This document shows, piece by piece, positions 19,365-28,617 of a stretch of DNA of 64,000 nucleotides. Location of the stretch: positions 64,001 to 128,000 of the forward strand of contig CAWCXJ010000001.1 in the NCBI GenBank assembly GCA_963799485.1, written 5' to 3'. Position numbers and translations under genes: made by a program. Source of the DNA: an uncultured Trueperaceae bacterium (GTDB lineage Bacteria; Deinococcota; Deinococci; Deinococcales; Trueperaceae). A model generated the notes under the pieces. That model made no database searches. It saw only the letters and a program-made list of their open reading frames with translations, and was not told the DNA's origin. The stretch's first letter is position 1; each line of letters starts with the position of its first letter.

Positions 19365-20591
19365 TTGCTCCCTGGTATTCCTGTGCGGCTGATTGTCGCC
19401 GCGTCGGGCGGCGTCGCGGCCCTTAAAACCCCGTCTCTCTTGCGCCGTCTGCGCGAAGCCGGTCATAAGGTGCGCGCCGCCGCAACGGACGACGCACTGC
19501 ACTTCGTAACCCCGCTTTCCCTCGCGGTCGCCGCCGGCAGCGAAGTCTTTGACCGCGCCGCCTGGTTTAGGCCGGATGGTGAAGCGCGCCACCTCGCGTG
19601 GGCGCGCTGGGCCGACGCGCTCGTCGTAGCACCCGCAACCGCCGACGCGCTCGCAAGTGCGGCGACCGGACGGGCCGACGACGTAATTTCAGCGCTCATC
19701 TTGGCGGGCGTTCCCCGCGTCGTTTGGGTTCCGGCGATGAACACCGCTATGTGGCAGCATCCGCTGGTCAAGCGCAACGTCGAAACGCTGAAAACGCTCG
19801 GTCATTACCTGATTGAACCTGCTGTCGGCGTGCTGGCTGCCAAAGGCGAAGGTGCCGGTGCTGGACGGATGCCCGAACCCGAGACGATTACGGCCCTTTT
19901 GCCCGGACTGCTCGGCCCGCGCGACCTGACAGGCCGCCGGGTACTCGTTTCGGCGGGGCCGACCCGTGAATACCTCGACCCGGTGCGTTACTTGTCGAAC
20001 CCGTCGTCCGGCAAGATGGGGTTTGCGGTGGCGGAGGCTGCCAGAGACCGTGGTGCAAACGTAACGCTCGTCAGCGGCCCGGTTTCGCTGGCTGCGCCGC
20101 AAGGCGTCAAGCTCATCCGGGTCGAAAGTGCTGAAGCGATGTTAGGCGCGCTTACTGACTACTTTGACGCGTGTGACCTGCTGGTGATGAGCGCCGCCGT
20201 CGCCGACTGGCGCGCCGCCGAGATCAAAACCGAAAAAGAACCCAAGGCCGGGGAAAAACAGCAGCTCGAGCTTGTTCGCACGCCCGATATCTTAAGCACC
20301 CTGGCCCCGCGTAAACGCCGTCAGGTGATGATCGGGTTTGCGATGGAAACGCATCAGGGAGTAGCAAGGGCGGCGGACAAGGCGCAGCGTAAAGGACTTA
20401 CGTTTATCTGCCTGAACTACCCCACGCGGGCGGGTTCGGCGTTTGGCGGCGACGACAATCAGGTCACGCTCGTCACGCCGCAAGGGGAAGCCGAAAAACT
20501 GCCCCGCATGTCCAAACGGGCGGTCGCAGAGCATATCTTAGACCGGGTGACGGGGTTACTCGCACCTGAAATTACGGCTAAAACGCAGTAG
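19365..20591 (+). CDS. coaBC: Phosphopantothenoylcysteine decarboxylase/synthetase
   Basis: APATAD, PAMNTAMW, SAGPTREYLDPVRYLSNPSSGKMG, AAVADW, GFAMET. Confidence 0.97.
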   Translation: MLPGIPVRLIVAASGGVAALKTPSLLRRLREAGHKVRAAATDDALHFVTPLSLAVAAGSEVFDRAAWFRPDGEARHLAWARWADALVVAPATADALASAATGRADDVISALILAGVPRVVWVPAMNTAMWQHPLVKRNVETLKTLGHYLIEPAVGVLAAKGEGAGAGRMPEPETITALLPGLLGPRDLTGRRVLVSAGPTREYLDPVRYLSNPSSGKMGFAVAEAARDRGANVTLVSGPVSLAAPQGVKLIRVESAEAMLGALTDYFDACDLLVMSAAVADWRAAEIKTEKEPKAGEKQQLELVRTPDILSTLAPRKRRQVMIGFAMETHQGVARAADKAQRKGLTFICLNYPTRAGSAFGGDDNQVTLVTPQGEAEKLPRMSKRAVAEHILDRVTGLLAPEITAKTQ

Positions 20592-20617
20592 CGCCGCCGC
20601 AACGTCCGGTAAATCCG

Positions 20618-20650
20618 AAACGACCGCTGGAGCCGCTCCAGCGGTCGTTT
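20618..20650. terminator. Bidirectional intrinsic terminator
   Basis: Perfect 15-bp inverted repeat AAACGACCGCTGGAG/CTCCAGCGGTCGTTT between convergent genes. Confidence 0.8.
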
Positions 20651-20704
20651 TAGTTGCTTGTGCGGCGAAAAGAAGTGTCGCTGGACAAGTTCTCGGTTCG
20701 GGTT

Positions 20705-22087
20705 TTAGTGCGCTCGAGCAGGCTTGATGTTCTGATTGACGTGAAAAAGGTTTTGCGGGTCGTACTTCGCCTTGATCTCGCTCAGCCGCGCGTAGTTCTC
20801 CCGGTAGGCCGCCCGGACGCGCTCCTGACCCTCGTCCATCCTCATATTGACGTAAGGCCGCCCGCCGAGTAAGGATGCACGGCTTCCCAGTAGTCCACGC
20901 ACCAGTCCTTGACCTGCGCTGCGTTATTCGGGTCGACGCCGACCTCGCCCCAGGTCGCGTCGCGGTAGCGCCGGGCAGTCTCGTCTTTGCCGACGCGGTG
21001 CGCCGCGCCGTTGATAGGGTAGAAGTGCATGGTGCACTGCATCGTCGGCATGGTTTTGGCGTGTTCCAGGTGCTTGGCGATCGCCTCGTCGGAGAGCTCG
21101 TTGACAAAATCCGCGCGCCAGTACCACTGGTGCCCCGGCGGGTAGAGGCCGTCGAAAGCGCTCTGCAAGGCGGGATAGGGCATATCGTGGACGCCGTGCA
21201 GCAGTGGCGGGCCGAACTCACGGATAGGCTTAAAGACCGCCTCGGCCTCCTCGGGTAGCCCGGTGTAACCCCAGACCACGCCGCACACCTTTTTGAGGTG
21301 GAGATGCTCGGGAAAAGGTGGCCCCGGTGAACGGTCATGAGGGCGAAAAAGCCGTTCAGGTCTGCGGGCGCGTTGACGATAAACTCGCGGTACCAGCGCA
21401 TTACTCCGGGCGTCTGCTCGAGTTCCCACAAGGTCGGCCCGCCGATGATGGTGCTGACCGGGTGGCCCTGAAACAAAAACGAGGTCACAACGCCGAAATT
21501 GCCGCCACCGCCGCGCACCGCCTAAAAGAGGTCGGGGTGTTCGTGGGCGTTCGCCGTGACCAAGCTGCCGTCGGCCAAGACCATATCGGCAGAAAGCAAG
21601 TTGCCGATGGTAAGACCGTATTTTCGGGTCAAGTGCCCCAGACCGCTGCCCAACGTGAGCCCGCCGACGCCCATTGTAGAGATGATACCGCTCGGCATTG
21701 CCAAACCGTAGGCGTGGGCCGCGTGGTCAACCTTGCCCCAGGTCGCACTGCCCTCGACCCGGACGCGGTTTTCGCGCCCGGGTCTACCCGGACGCCGTTC
21801 ATCGGTGAAAGGTCGATGACGAGCCTGTCGTCGCAGGTGCCTAAACCGCCGCCGTTATGCCCGCCGCCATGCACTGCTAGCGTCAGGGCATTGTCGCGCG
21901 CAAAATTCACGGCCTGCACGACGTCGGCTACGTCGGCGCAACGGGTGATGAGGGCGGGGCGTTTGTCGATCATGGCGTTGTAGACTTTGCGGCTTTCGTC
22001 GTAAAGCGCGTCGCCAGGTTGGATGAGGCTGCCGCGCAAGCTCGCCTGGAAGGTCGCGGTGGCGGCGTTCTTTGCTTGTGTCGTCAT
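20705..22087 (-). pseudogene. FAD-binding (berberine-bridge/VAO family) oxidoreductase pseudogene
   Basis: Fragments in changing frames: KRPALI, GGGHNGGG, GGLTLG.GLGHL, RGGGGNFGVVT, YVN, KAKYDPQNLFHVNQNI; frameshifts near 21765, 21325 and 20857, plus TAG at 21522-21524 where Trp is expected. Confidence 0.9.
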
Positions 22088-22169
22088 CTTGCTTCGCCTC
22101 TATTTCGCAAGCGGGTATAAAAGGCCGAGCCTTTCACACCGGATGGAGTTGCCGGTTCCTTGAACCGGT

Positions 22170-22430
22170 TGCCGGATCGACATGGGTGATTCCCCAAGAC
22201 CCATCACTTATGAACCTGAACTACCGTCTTCCATCGGCCCAAACGAAGTGGGGAAGCGGTGATGGCCTCCGGCTGACAGAGCGTTCAGAGTGTTCCCTGG
22301 CTACGGTCTGGACCCTCGCCAACGCCTATGACGTACCGGAAATAACCATAACGTTAGCTGTTACCGGGTGCAGATGAGCCGGAGATTCCCACCCGTCTGG
22401 AACCTTAAGGCGGAAGACGAAAGAATTTTC
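22170..22430 (-). pseudogene. Decayed cupin (DUF4437-like) gene remnant, absent from the ORF track
   Basis: Manual translation: FVFRLKVPDGWESPAHLHPVTANVMVISGT*...HFVWADG...WGITHVDPA with stops and frameshifts. Confidence 0.65.
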
Positions 22431-22838
22431 GCTGATATGAGAACTGATTCAGCTGCACAAGACCGGGGTACCGCATGGTTGTAGGTAGTAGCGCCTCTCT
22501 TTTCCTAACACTCGGTTCCTCCTGGTAGATTGTGGGCGATATGCACCTCCTGCCGACACGCTTAGCGCAGACATAGGCCGTTTCCCAACCGTGAACGCAC
22601 AAGGAACGCCCGCGTGAACCAAACGTTCACGCGGGCACCAAAGGATTTGCTACCGGCTCGAGGGGCTTGAGCCCTCTTGCCAAGCCCGGCATTTCCACAA
22701 GAAATTGCCGGACGCCGCGCTCGGTCGCCACATGAAAAAGAGGTCGGCTCGTATTTACCGGGCGTTACGGCGCGAAGTGGTCGCAGACCCGGCGGCGCGC
22801 ACGCATATCCCACCTCCGGCTGCGTGTTATAACCCGGC

Positions 22839-23252
22839 ATGAGCGAGGGCGCAACACCCCTTTACGTGGTCGCTGTCGCCGCCGTCATCCGGCGTGAGGG
22901 CAAACTGCTCGCCATGCGCCGCGCAAAGGCCAAAGACGCCGGGCCGGGACTCTGGGAAACGCTCTCGGGGCGCGTCGAGGTGGGGGAGACGCCGTTGGAC
23001 GCCGCCCGAAGAGAGATTCTAGAAGAGTGTGGGTTGGGGGTTGCGCTTTTATCCCGTCCCGTCACCTGCTACCCCGCGACACGTCTGGGCTTGCCGATGA
23101 TCGTCATCGTTTACGCCGCCGATTACCTATCCGGCGACGTTACGCTAAGTGACGAGCACGACCGCTATCTTTGGCTCTCCCCGGACGCGTTTGCCGTAAA
23201 AAGTACGCTTACGCCCCTCGCCCAGGCGGTACACTTGGCTTTTAAGCTGTAA
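22839..23252 (+). CDS. Nudix hydrolase (MutT-like)
   Basis: Nudix box [29 protein letters not shown]. Confidence 0.9.
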   Translation: MSEGATPLYVVAVAAVIRREGKLLAMRRAKAKDAGPGLWETLSGRVEVGETPLDAARREILEECGLGVALLSRPVTCYPATRLGLPMIVIVYAADYLSGDVTLSDEHDRYLWLSPDAFAVKSTLTPLAQAVHLAFKL

Positions 23253-23268
23253 CCGTAAAGGAGAAACG

Positions 23269-23595
23269 ATGATCATTTCTACAACCTCTGTTTTAAGTGG
23301 CAGGGAAGTCACCGACTATCACGGCCTCGTCAGCGGTGAGGCCATTTTGGGTGCAAACATCTTCCGGGACTTTTTCGCGGGCATTCGAGATATTGTCGGC
23401 GGGCGAAGCGGCGCGTATGAACGGGCGCTGCGCGAGGCCAAAGAGATTGCGGTGCGCGAGATGGAAGAAGAGGCGAAGCGTTTGGGCGCGAACGCAGTTA
23501 TCGGCGTTGATCTGGACTACGAGAACATCACCACGGGTAATGGCGGCGGGATGCTGATGGTGTCGGCAAGCGGTACGGCGGTGACGGTTCGTTAG
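23269..23595 (+). CDS. YbjQ/UPF0145 family protein
   Basis: [44 protein letters not shown]. Confidence 0.93.
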   Translation: MIISTTSVLSGREVTDYHGLVSGEAILGANIFRDFFAGIRDIVGGRSGAYERALREAKEIAVREMEEEAKRLGANAVIGVDLDYENITTGNGGGMLMVSASGTAVTVR

Positions 23596-23599
23596 GCGC

Positions 23600-24000
23600 G
23601 TGAGCTTCAAGCTGCGGGGTCGTCCGTGGGCTATGGTGCGGGCGCTTCACTTGCCGCCGAAGGACTGTGCCATTTTCGCAGCGCCCCGATGTTAGCACAC
23701 GGTCTCATCACCGAAATTGGCGATGTTGACATTGTGGCGATCCGCTCAGCGTGGCAATTTGCACAGAAGTTGGGGACGCCTGAGTTTGCACCCGGTGGCG
23801 ACCGGATTATTCAAGTGTCGTCCGGGTTGGCGATTTTTGATGGTTGGTTGAGCTTGGATGTTGAGGCTATTATCGAGCGCTCGAGCCTACAAGACGGTTT
23901 ACCCATCGCTCAGCTAAAAGACGTAGCCGCGTACAAACGCTTGCTGGGCCGTCTCAACAGAGTGCATTTGAGGTTGCTCGAGCCTTACCTTGCCCAGTAA
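23600..24000 (+). pseudogene. Frameshifted small nucleotidyltransferase-fold protein
   Basis: GTG at 23600 gives ...LPPKDCAIF; adding one G at 23678 joins it to (G)SAPMLAHGLITEIGDVDIV, a GS...DxD motif. Confidence 0.55.
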
Positions 24001-24009
24001 CGTAAAATA

Positions 24010-24564
24010 TTACTGATCGCAAAAACTCCTGAGCGACTGCACCGAATCCCTCGCAAAATGCGCCTGAACCCGCCGTAAAACCGGCGCACCGAGTTTGACA
24101 AGCGGCTGCCGGGGTCGTGACAGCGCCGTAAGCTCGTACCAGACCCGTCCCTGCTCGTCTAAAAAAACATGAAAGCGTTCACAGCCTGAAACGGCGTGTT
24201 GCGGCAGCGTCCCGAGGGTAAAACTGACCTGCTGCGAGGTGTTTTTTACGGCGATAATTCGCACGGCGCTCAGTGTCCAAACTGGCTTGATACCCGCGAC
24301 GAGCGCCACGACGACGCCTTCACGCAGCGGCGCACGGTGAGGGTAGAGCGTCAGCCACGAAGGGTAAACAGCCCACGCTGCCAATCCTGCAACGGCTTTA
24401 GCGAACACGTCCGGGCCATCCCCGAGCGGCCAGCGTTGACGGGTAAACCTAAAACCGGGGGTCGGTTGGGGCGGTCCGCTGTAAGTTACGGCCTGTGTGC
24501 CTTGTGACCTGACGAAGGGCTCGAGGTCGTCAATCCCCGGTTTTGTGAGGTTGAAAAAGCGCAA
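24010..24564 (-). CDS. DUF1990 family protein
   Basis: LGDG..VF..A...L..W, FTLGTLPQHAVSGCERF.V, VWYEL.ALSRP. Confidence 0.85.
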   Translation of the reverse strand: MRFFNLTKPGIDDLEPFVRSQGTQAVTYSGPPQPTPGFRFTRQRWPLGDGPDVFAKAVAGLAAWAVYPSWLTLYPHRAPLREGVVVALVAGIKPVWTLSAVRIIAVKNTSQQVSFTLGTLPQHAVSGCERFHVFLDEQGRVWYELTALSRPRQPLVKLGAPVLRRVQAHFARDSVQSLRSFCDQ

Positions 24565-24565
24565 G

Positions 24566-25663
24566 CTAGCGCACGGCTAAACGTACCCGCTGCACGTTGC
24601 CCCACTCGTACCCGGCGGGGTTCCAACCGGTTGTGGGCCCTAGTGGTTGCGCGTAGCCTGCGTCGTCAAAGGCGCGTAGCCACACCTCGGGTTCGCCCGC
24701 AGGTAGCTCCAACGTCAGCGACCATTCCGACCAGGCGTAAGGGCTTTCGGGTGTGTCTAGTTTGGCGTCGTGCCAGGTTTCACCGCTATCTTGCGAAACC
24801 GCGACCCGCGCGACGCGGCTCTGTCCGTCCGTCCAGGCGACGCCGCCGAGTTCGTTCGGGCCCGCGTGCAACGTATCGCCGATGAGAGGAGTCCAGAGGA
24901 GGCTCCGGAGTTTCATCCGCCAGCTCGGGGTGCTGTTCTGGGGTGTTCCGATAAAGGGTTGACCGGGCTCTAGAGGTTTTTTTGGCAGCCGGTACCTTTC
25001 CTGCTGATAGTGACTCGGGCTCTCTTCATCTTCTAAACTCAAATAGTTCAGCCATTTTACGTTGTTGACGCCGTAAAATCCCGGCAACACGAGCCGGAGC
25101 GGGCCACCGTGCAGCGCCGGGAGCGGTTCGCCGTTAAGGGTAGAGGCGAGCAGCGCGTTTTCCAGTACGTCATCAAGGGGTACGCTCCGTTCAAACGGGC
25201 CGTGATTGTCGTGTGCGGTTCCGGCACCACGGGCCAGCAGGTAACGCGCTTCGCCGTAAAATCCTAGATCGTCCAGCACAGTTTTGAGCCGGACACCGCC
25301 GAAAACGACGTTGGCGACCGCGCCGTCACTCCACTGTGCGCCGCTGACCGGGCTGCTGCCGCCGAAGTGTCCCCTCGAGTTTCCCGAACACTGCAACACC
25401 ATCTCGGTTTCGGTGACGGGATAACGCCGTAAATCTGGCAAGCTGAGCTGCACCGACGACGCTCCGTCCTGCACCGTAAAAGACCATTCAGTCGGAGCCT
25501 CAGCTAAGGTCATGTAGCCGTCTAAATCCTGATTGTTGCGGATATACAGGTGCGCCTTGTCGGTAACGCGCGAGCGCCGTAACAGAGCAAGGGGGGTTTC
25601 GCTCTGCAGCGGGTCGCTGACGTGCAGCGTCAGCCAGGGGGTTTTGCCTGCAATGTTGTGCAT
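24566..25663 (-). CDS. Sulfite oxidase-family molybdoenzyme with no Tat signal
   Basis: YIRNN, LQCSGNSR (Moco Cys), HGGPLRLVLPGFYGVNNVKWL; RBS AAGGAG. Confidence 0.9.
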   Translation of the reverse strand: MHNIAGKTPWLTLHVSDPLQSETPLALLRRSRVTDKAHLYIRNNQDLDGYMTLAEAPTEWSFTVQDGASSVQLSLPDLRRYPVTETEMVLQCSGNSRGHFGGSSPVSGAQWSDGAVANVVFGGVRLKTVLDDLGFYGEARYLLARGAGTAHDNHGPFERSVPLDDVLENALLASTLNGEPLPALHGGPLRLVLPGFYGVNNVKWLNYLSLEDEESPSHYQQERYRLPKKPLEPGQPFIGTPQNSTPSWRMKLRSLLWTPLIGDTLHAGPNELGGVAWTDGQSRVARVAVSQDSGETWHDAKLDTPESPYAWSEWSLTLELPAGEPEVWLRAFDDAGYAQPLGPTTGWNPAGYEWGNVQRVRLAVR

Positions 25664-25815
25664 GGGTGCTCCTTCAAAAGAGGCATGTTGAGTCAGGGTT
25701 GTCCTCGTAAAGAGTCAGCCTAGCGGCCGGGTTCCGTTACCGGTCGTGTTCATTCAGTCTACTTTAGCAGCGCAGCCCGGCACTCCCAAATGGGCCATCT
25801 GATAGGCTTAACGAA

Positions 25816-26259
25816 ATGATCTCGCTCACGCAAAAGGCTAAATACGCGCTGAAAGCGCTGGTTTTTTTAGCCAAGGAGTACGACAACGGCCCGGTGCTGA
25901 TTACGACCATCGCCGAGTCGGAACACATTTCACGCAAGTTTTTAGAGCTGATTTTGCTCGAGCTTAAAAATCACGGGGTGCTGCAGAGCAAAAAGGGGCG
26001 CGGCGGTGGTTACTGGCTGGCGCAGCCTCCCGAAGACATCTATCTGGGGCGCGTCATCCGCATCTTTGAAGGGGCACTTGCGCCCCTGCCGTGCGCGTCG
26101 AAACGCTATTACCGGCGTTGTGAGGAATGTAAGGACGAAGCGAGGTGTGAGGTGCGGGCGGTAATGCTCGAGGTCAAGGCGGCTACCTTGCGCGTCCTCG
26201 ACACGACTTCGCTACGTGACACCTTGAGCCTGGGACAGACGCCGGTGCTGGGTTTGTAG
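25816..26259 (+). CDS. Rrf2-family transcriptional regulator with Cys cluster
   Basis: KYALKAL, FLELILLELK, SKKGRGGGYWL, C-x8-C-x2-C-x5-C. Confidence 0.93.
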   Translation: MISLTQKAKYALKALVFLAKEYDNGPVLITTIAESEHISRKFLELILLELKNHGVLQSKKGRGGGYWLAQPPEDIYLGRVIRIFEGALAPLPCASKRYYRRCEECKDEARCEVRAVMLEVKAATLRVLDTTSLRDTLSLGQTPVLGL

Positions 26260-26338
26260 CTGTTCGCTGCCTGGACACGCCTCCAAGAAGGTGTAGACTC
26301 GGACGTAAGCGCACTTTACGCTTTTCTGGAGGATTGTT

Positions 26339-27442
26339 ATGCCCACCCCTGACTTTTTATGGTTTTGTCAGCTCTCGCGCGACGGCGAGTTCGTCGGCAC
26401 TAAAGAACTTTCACCGCGTAAACCGACCCTCGAGTACCTTTCCGGCATCATCGAAACGGCGGCCGAAGCGGGGTTTTCCTCGCTCCTCACCGCAACCAAT
26501 TATCACCACGAAAACGAGACCTGGACGGCGGGCGTTGCCGCGCTCGCCCGCACGCGCGGGGCCGGACTCCTGCTCGCGGTGCGTCCCGGTATGTATCACC
26601 CTTCGCAGTACGCCAAGATGGTCGCAACCGCCGCCAACTTTTTTCCGGGTCGCGTCCGCATCAACGTCGTGACGGGTTCGTCACCCGCTGAAAATGCCAT
26701 GTACGGCGACTTCGAGCCGCACGCACAGCGCTACACACGCACCCGCGAATTCATGCTGCTCTTACGTAAACTCTGGCGCGAAACGCCGGTCTCGTTCGAG
26801 GGCGAGGTCTACCGGATTGAAAACGCCGTTGTCGATCCCAAACCGCCTGAAAACATCCCGCTCTACTTCGGCGGTGCGAGCGACGCCGCGCAGCGCATCG
26901 CCGCCGAACTCGCCGACGTTTACCTGATGTGGGGCGAACCGCAAGAGATGATCAAAGAGCGTCTGGAAAAGATGCAGGGTTTGAGCGCCGAATACGGTCG
27001 CACGCTCCGTTACGGCCTCCGGATGCACGTGATTGTCCGAGAGACCGAAGCCGAGGCGTGGGCCGCTGCCGAGCGGATGATTTCGCGTATCGACCCCGAG
27101 GTCCGGCAAGCCTTTTTGGAGTCGTACAAACACGTCGATTCGGTCGGGCAGCGCCGTCAGATCGAGATGGGTCTGAAGGGCGACCTGATGGTCGAGCCGC
27201 ACCTGTGGGCCGGTATCGGCTTGGCGCGGAGCGGCGTCGGGGTAGCGCTTGTCGGCGACCCGCAACAGGTCGCGGATAAACTAAGGGGTTATCAAAAGAT
27301 GGGCATCGACACCTTTATCTTGTCGAGCTATCCGCACCTCGAGGAAGCGCGGCGCTTCGGTGAGCTGGTGATGCCGTACTTTCAGGGCGGCAACGCCGAG
27401 CAGCGGGCGATTCATACCGATACGGTGGCTCCGGCGTTCTGA
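26339..27442 (+). CDS. LLM-class flavin monooxygenase, SsuD/MsuD-like
   Basis: LLAVRPG, RVRINVVTG, PLYFGGAS, DVYLMWGEP, PHLWAG, ALVGDP, YPHLEEA. Confidence 0.85.
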   Translation: MPTPDFLWFCQLSRDGEFVGTKELSPRKPTLEYLSGIIETAAEAGFSSLLTATNYHHENETWTAGVAALARTRGAGLLLAVRPGMYHPSQYAKMVATAANFFPGRVRINVVTGSSPAENAMYGDFEPHAQRYTRTREFMLLLRKLWRETPVSFEGEVYRIENAVVDPKPPENIPLYFGGASDAAQRIAAELADVYLMWGEPQEMIKERLEKMQGLSAEYGRTLRYGLRMHVIVRETEAEAWAAAERMISRIDPEVRQAFLESYKHVDSVGQRRQIEMGLKGDLMVEPHLWAGIGLARSGVGVALVGDPQQVADKLRGYQKMGIDTFILSSYPHLEEARRFGELVMPYFQGGNAEQRAIHTDTVAPAF

Positions 27443-27460
27443 AGCTTAGAAAATTATGAA

Positions 27461-27483
27461 AGCCCTCGAGGCGCTCGAGGGCT
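27461..27483. terminator. Hairpin after the LLM monooxygenase gene
   Basis: AGCCCTCGAG-gcg-CTCGAGGGCT; weak U-tract. Confidence 0.5.
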
Positions 27484-27494
27484 CTATCCTGTAG

Positions 27495-28568
27495 GTGCGT
27501 TACGAGCTAAAGTCCATTGTGGAAGACCTAAACGACTTGCTAACCGAGGTTTTTCAGCAGTATGACGTTCCTTCACTGGCAGCGGCGGTTGTTTTTGGCG
27601 GGAAACTCTACGCGGCAGGCGCGGTAGGCGTCCGCAAACGTGGCGACAGCACACCCGTGACCGTAAACGACAGATATCATATCGGGTCGTGTACGAAGGC
27701 GATGACGGCGACGCTGGCGGGGATTCTAGTCAAGCGGGGTTTACTCGCTTGGAATACGACGTTGCGTAAAGTTTTTCCTGAAATGAAAATGCATCCGGCC
27801 TATCAATCCGTAACGCTCAAGCAGCTCTTGTCACATACGGCGGGAATGCCTGCTTTTACCGATTCAGAAGCCGAAGAAGCAGCTGACCCAATGCTAACAG
27901 AAACCGTTTTCGGGGTTGACGGCGTACCTATGAACGACCGGTTGGGGGTCGTCGTCCCCGAGCTTCTGCGCCGGGAACCTCGCACGCCACCGGGAAGCGC
28001 GTTCGAGTATTCCAATATGGGTTATGTGACGGCGGGCGCAGTGTTTGAAAAGCTGACGCAAACGCCTTTTGAGACACTTTTACCAACCGAAGTTTTTACG
28101 CCGCTCGGTCTGACTTCGGCAGGGTTTGGAGCGGCAGGTACAGCCGGGAAGATTGATGAACCCTGGGGTCACGCCCCTAAACCCGTCGAACCTGGGCCGG
28201 AGGCAGACAATCCGCCTGTCATTTCACCCGCAGGTTGTGTTCATATGTCCGTCGTAGATTTTGCCCGTCACGCGGTGTTTCATCTGACGGGTGAACCTAA
28301 ACGTGTGGGCCGAGAGACGCTCGAGGTTTTACACACACCCGTTTCTGAGAACTACGCTTTAGGTTGGGGTGTAGCTGAGCGCGAGTGGGCACCGGGAAAA
28401 CTGCTCACGCACGCGGGCTCGAACAACAGGTCGCTTGCCGTGAACTTGCTAGCTCCCGCGTTGGGCTTCTCTGTTGTCGCTGCGTGCAATTCGGGTATCG
28501 ATGAAGGGACTGAGGCGTTAGACGAAATTGTGCAAGCCGCCAAGCGCCGTTTCCTGAACGTAAAATAG
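27495..28568 (+). CDS. Serine hydrolase, beta-lactamase-like family
   Basis: SxxK (GSCTKA), LLSHTAG, YSN, HAGSN. Confidence 0.9.
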   Translation: MRYELKSIVEDLNDLLTEVFQQYDVPSLAAAVVFGGKLYAAGAVGVRKRGDSTPVTVNDRYHIGSCTKAMTATLAGILVKRGLLAWNTTLRKVFPEMKMHPAYQSVTLKQLLSHTAGMPAFTDSEAEEAADPMLTETVFGVDGVPMNDRLGVVVPELLRREPRTPPGSAFEYSNMGYVTAGAVFEKLTQTPFETLLPTEVFTPLGLTSAGFGAAGTAGKIDEPWGHAPKPVEPGPEADNPPVISPAGCVHMSVVDFARHAVFHLTGEPKRVGRETLEVLHTPVSENYALGWGVAEREWAPGKLLTHAGSNNRSLAVNLLAPALGFSVVAACNSGIDEGTEALDEIVQAAKRRFLNVK

Positions 28569-28617
28569 TCAGACCGAAAGCCTGACTACCTGTTTTTGAC
28601 CTGTCCTTGTGAACTGT

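Noticed and set aside
19830..19875. CoaBC lacks the Cys of the usual LACG loop
   Set aside because: Cys-less loops occur in other functional CoaBC lineages as far as I recall; the rest of the protein is intact
22139..22196. Fluoride riboswitch-like CCGGATGGAGTTGCCGG...TGATTCC
   Set aside because: Imperfect consensus, about 650 bp from the next plus-strand gene, and partly antisense to the cupin remnant
25664..25815. Moco riboswitch before the sulfite oxidase gene
   Set aside because: No recognisable consensus; AGTCTA is better read as a TAGACT -10 box
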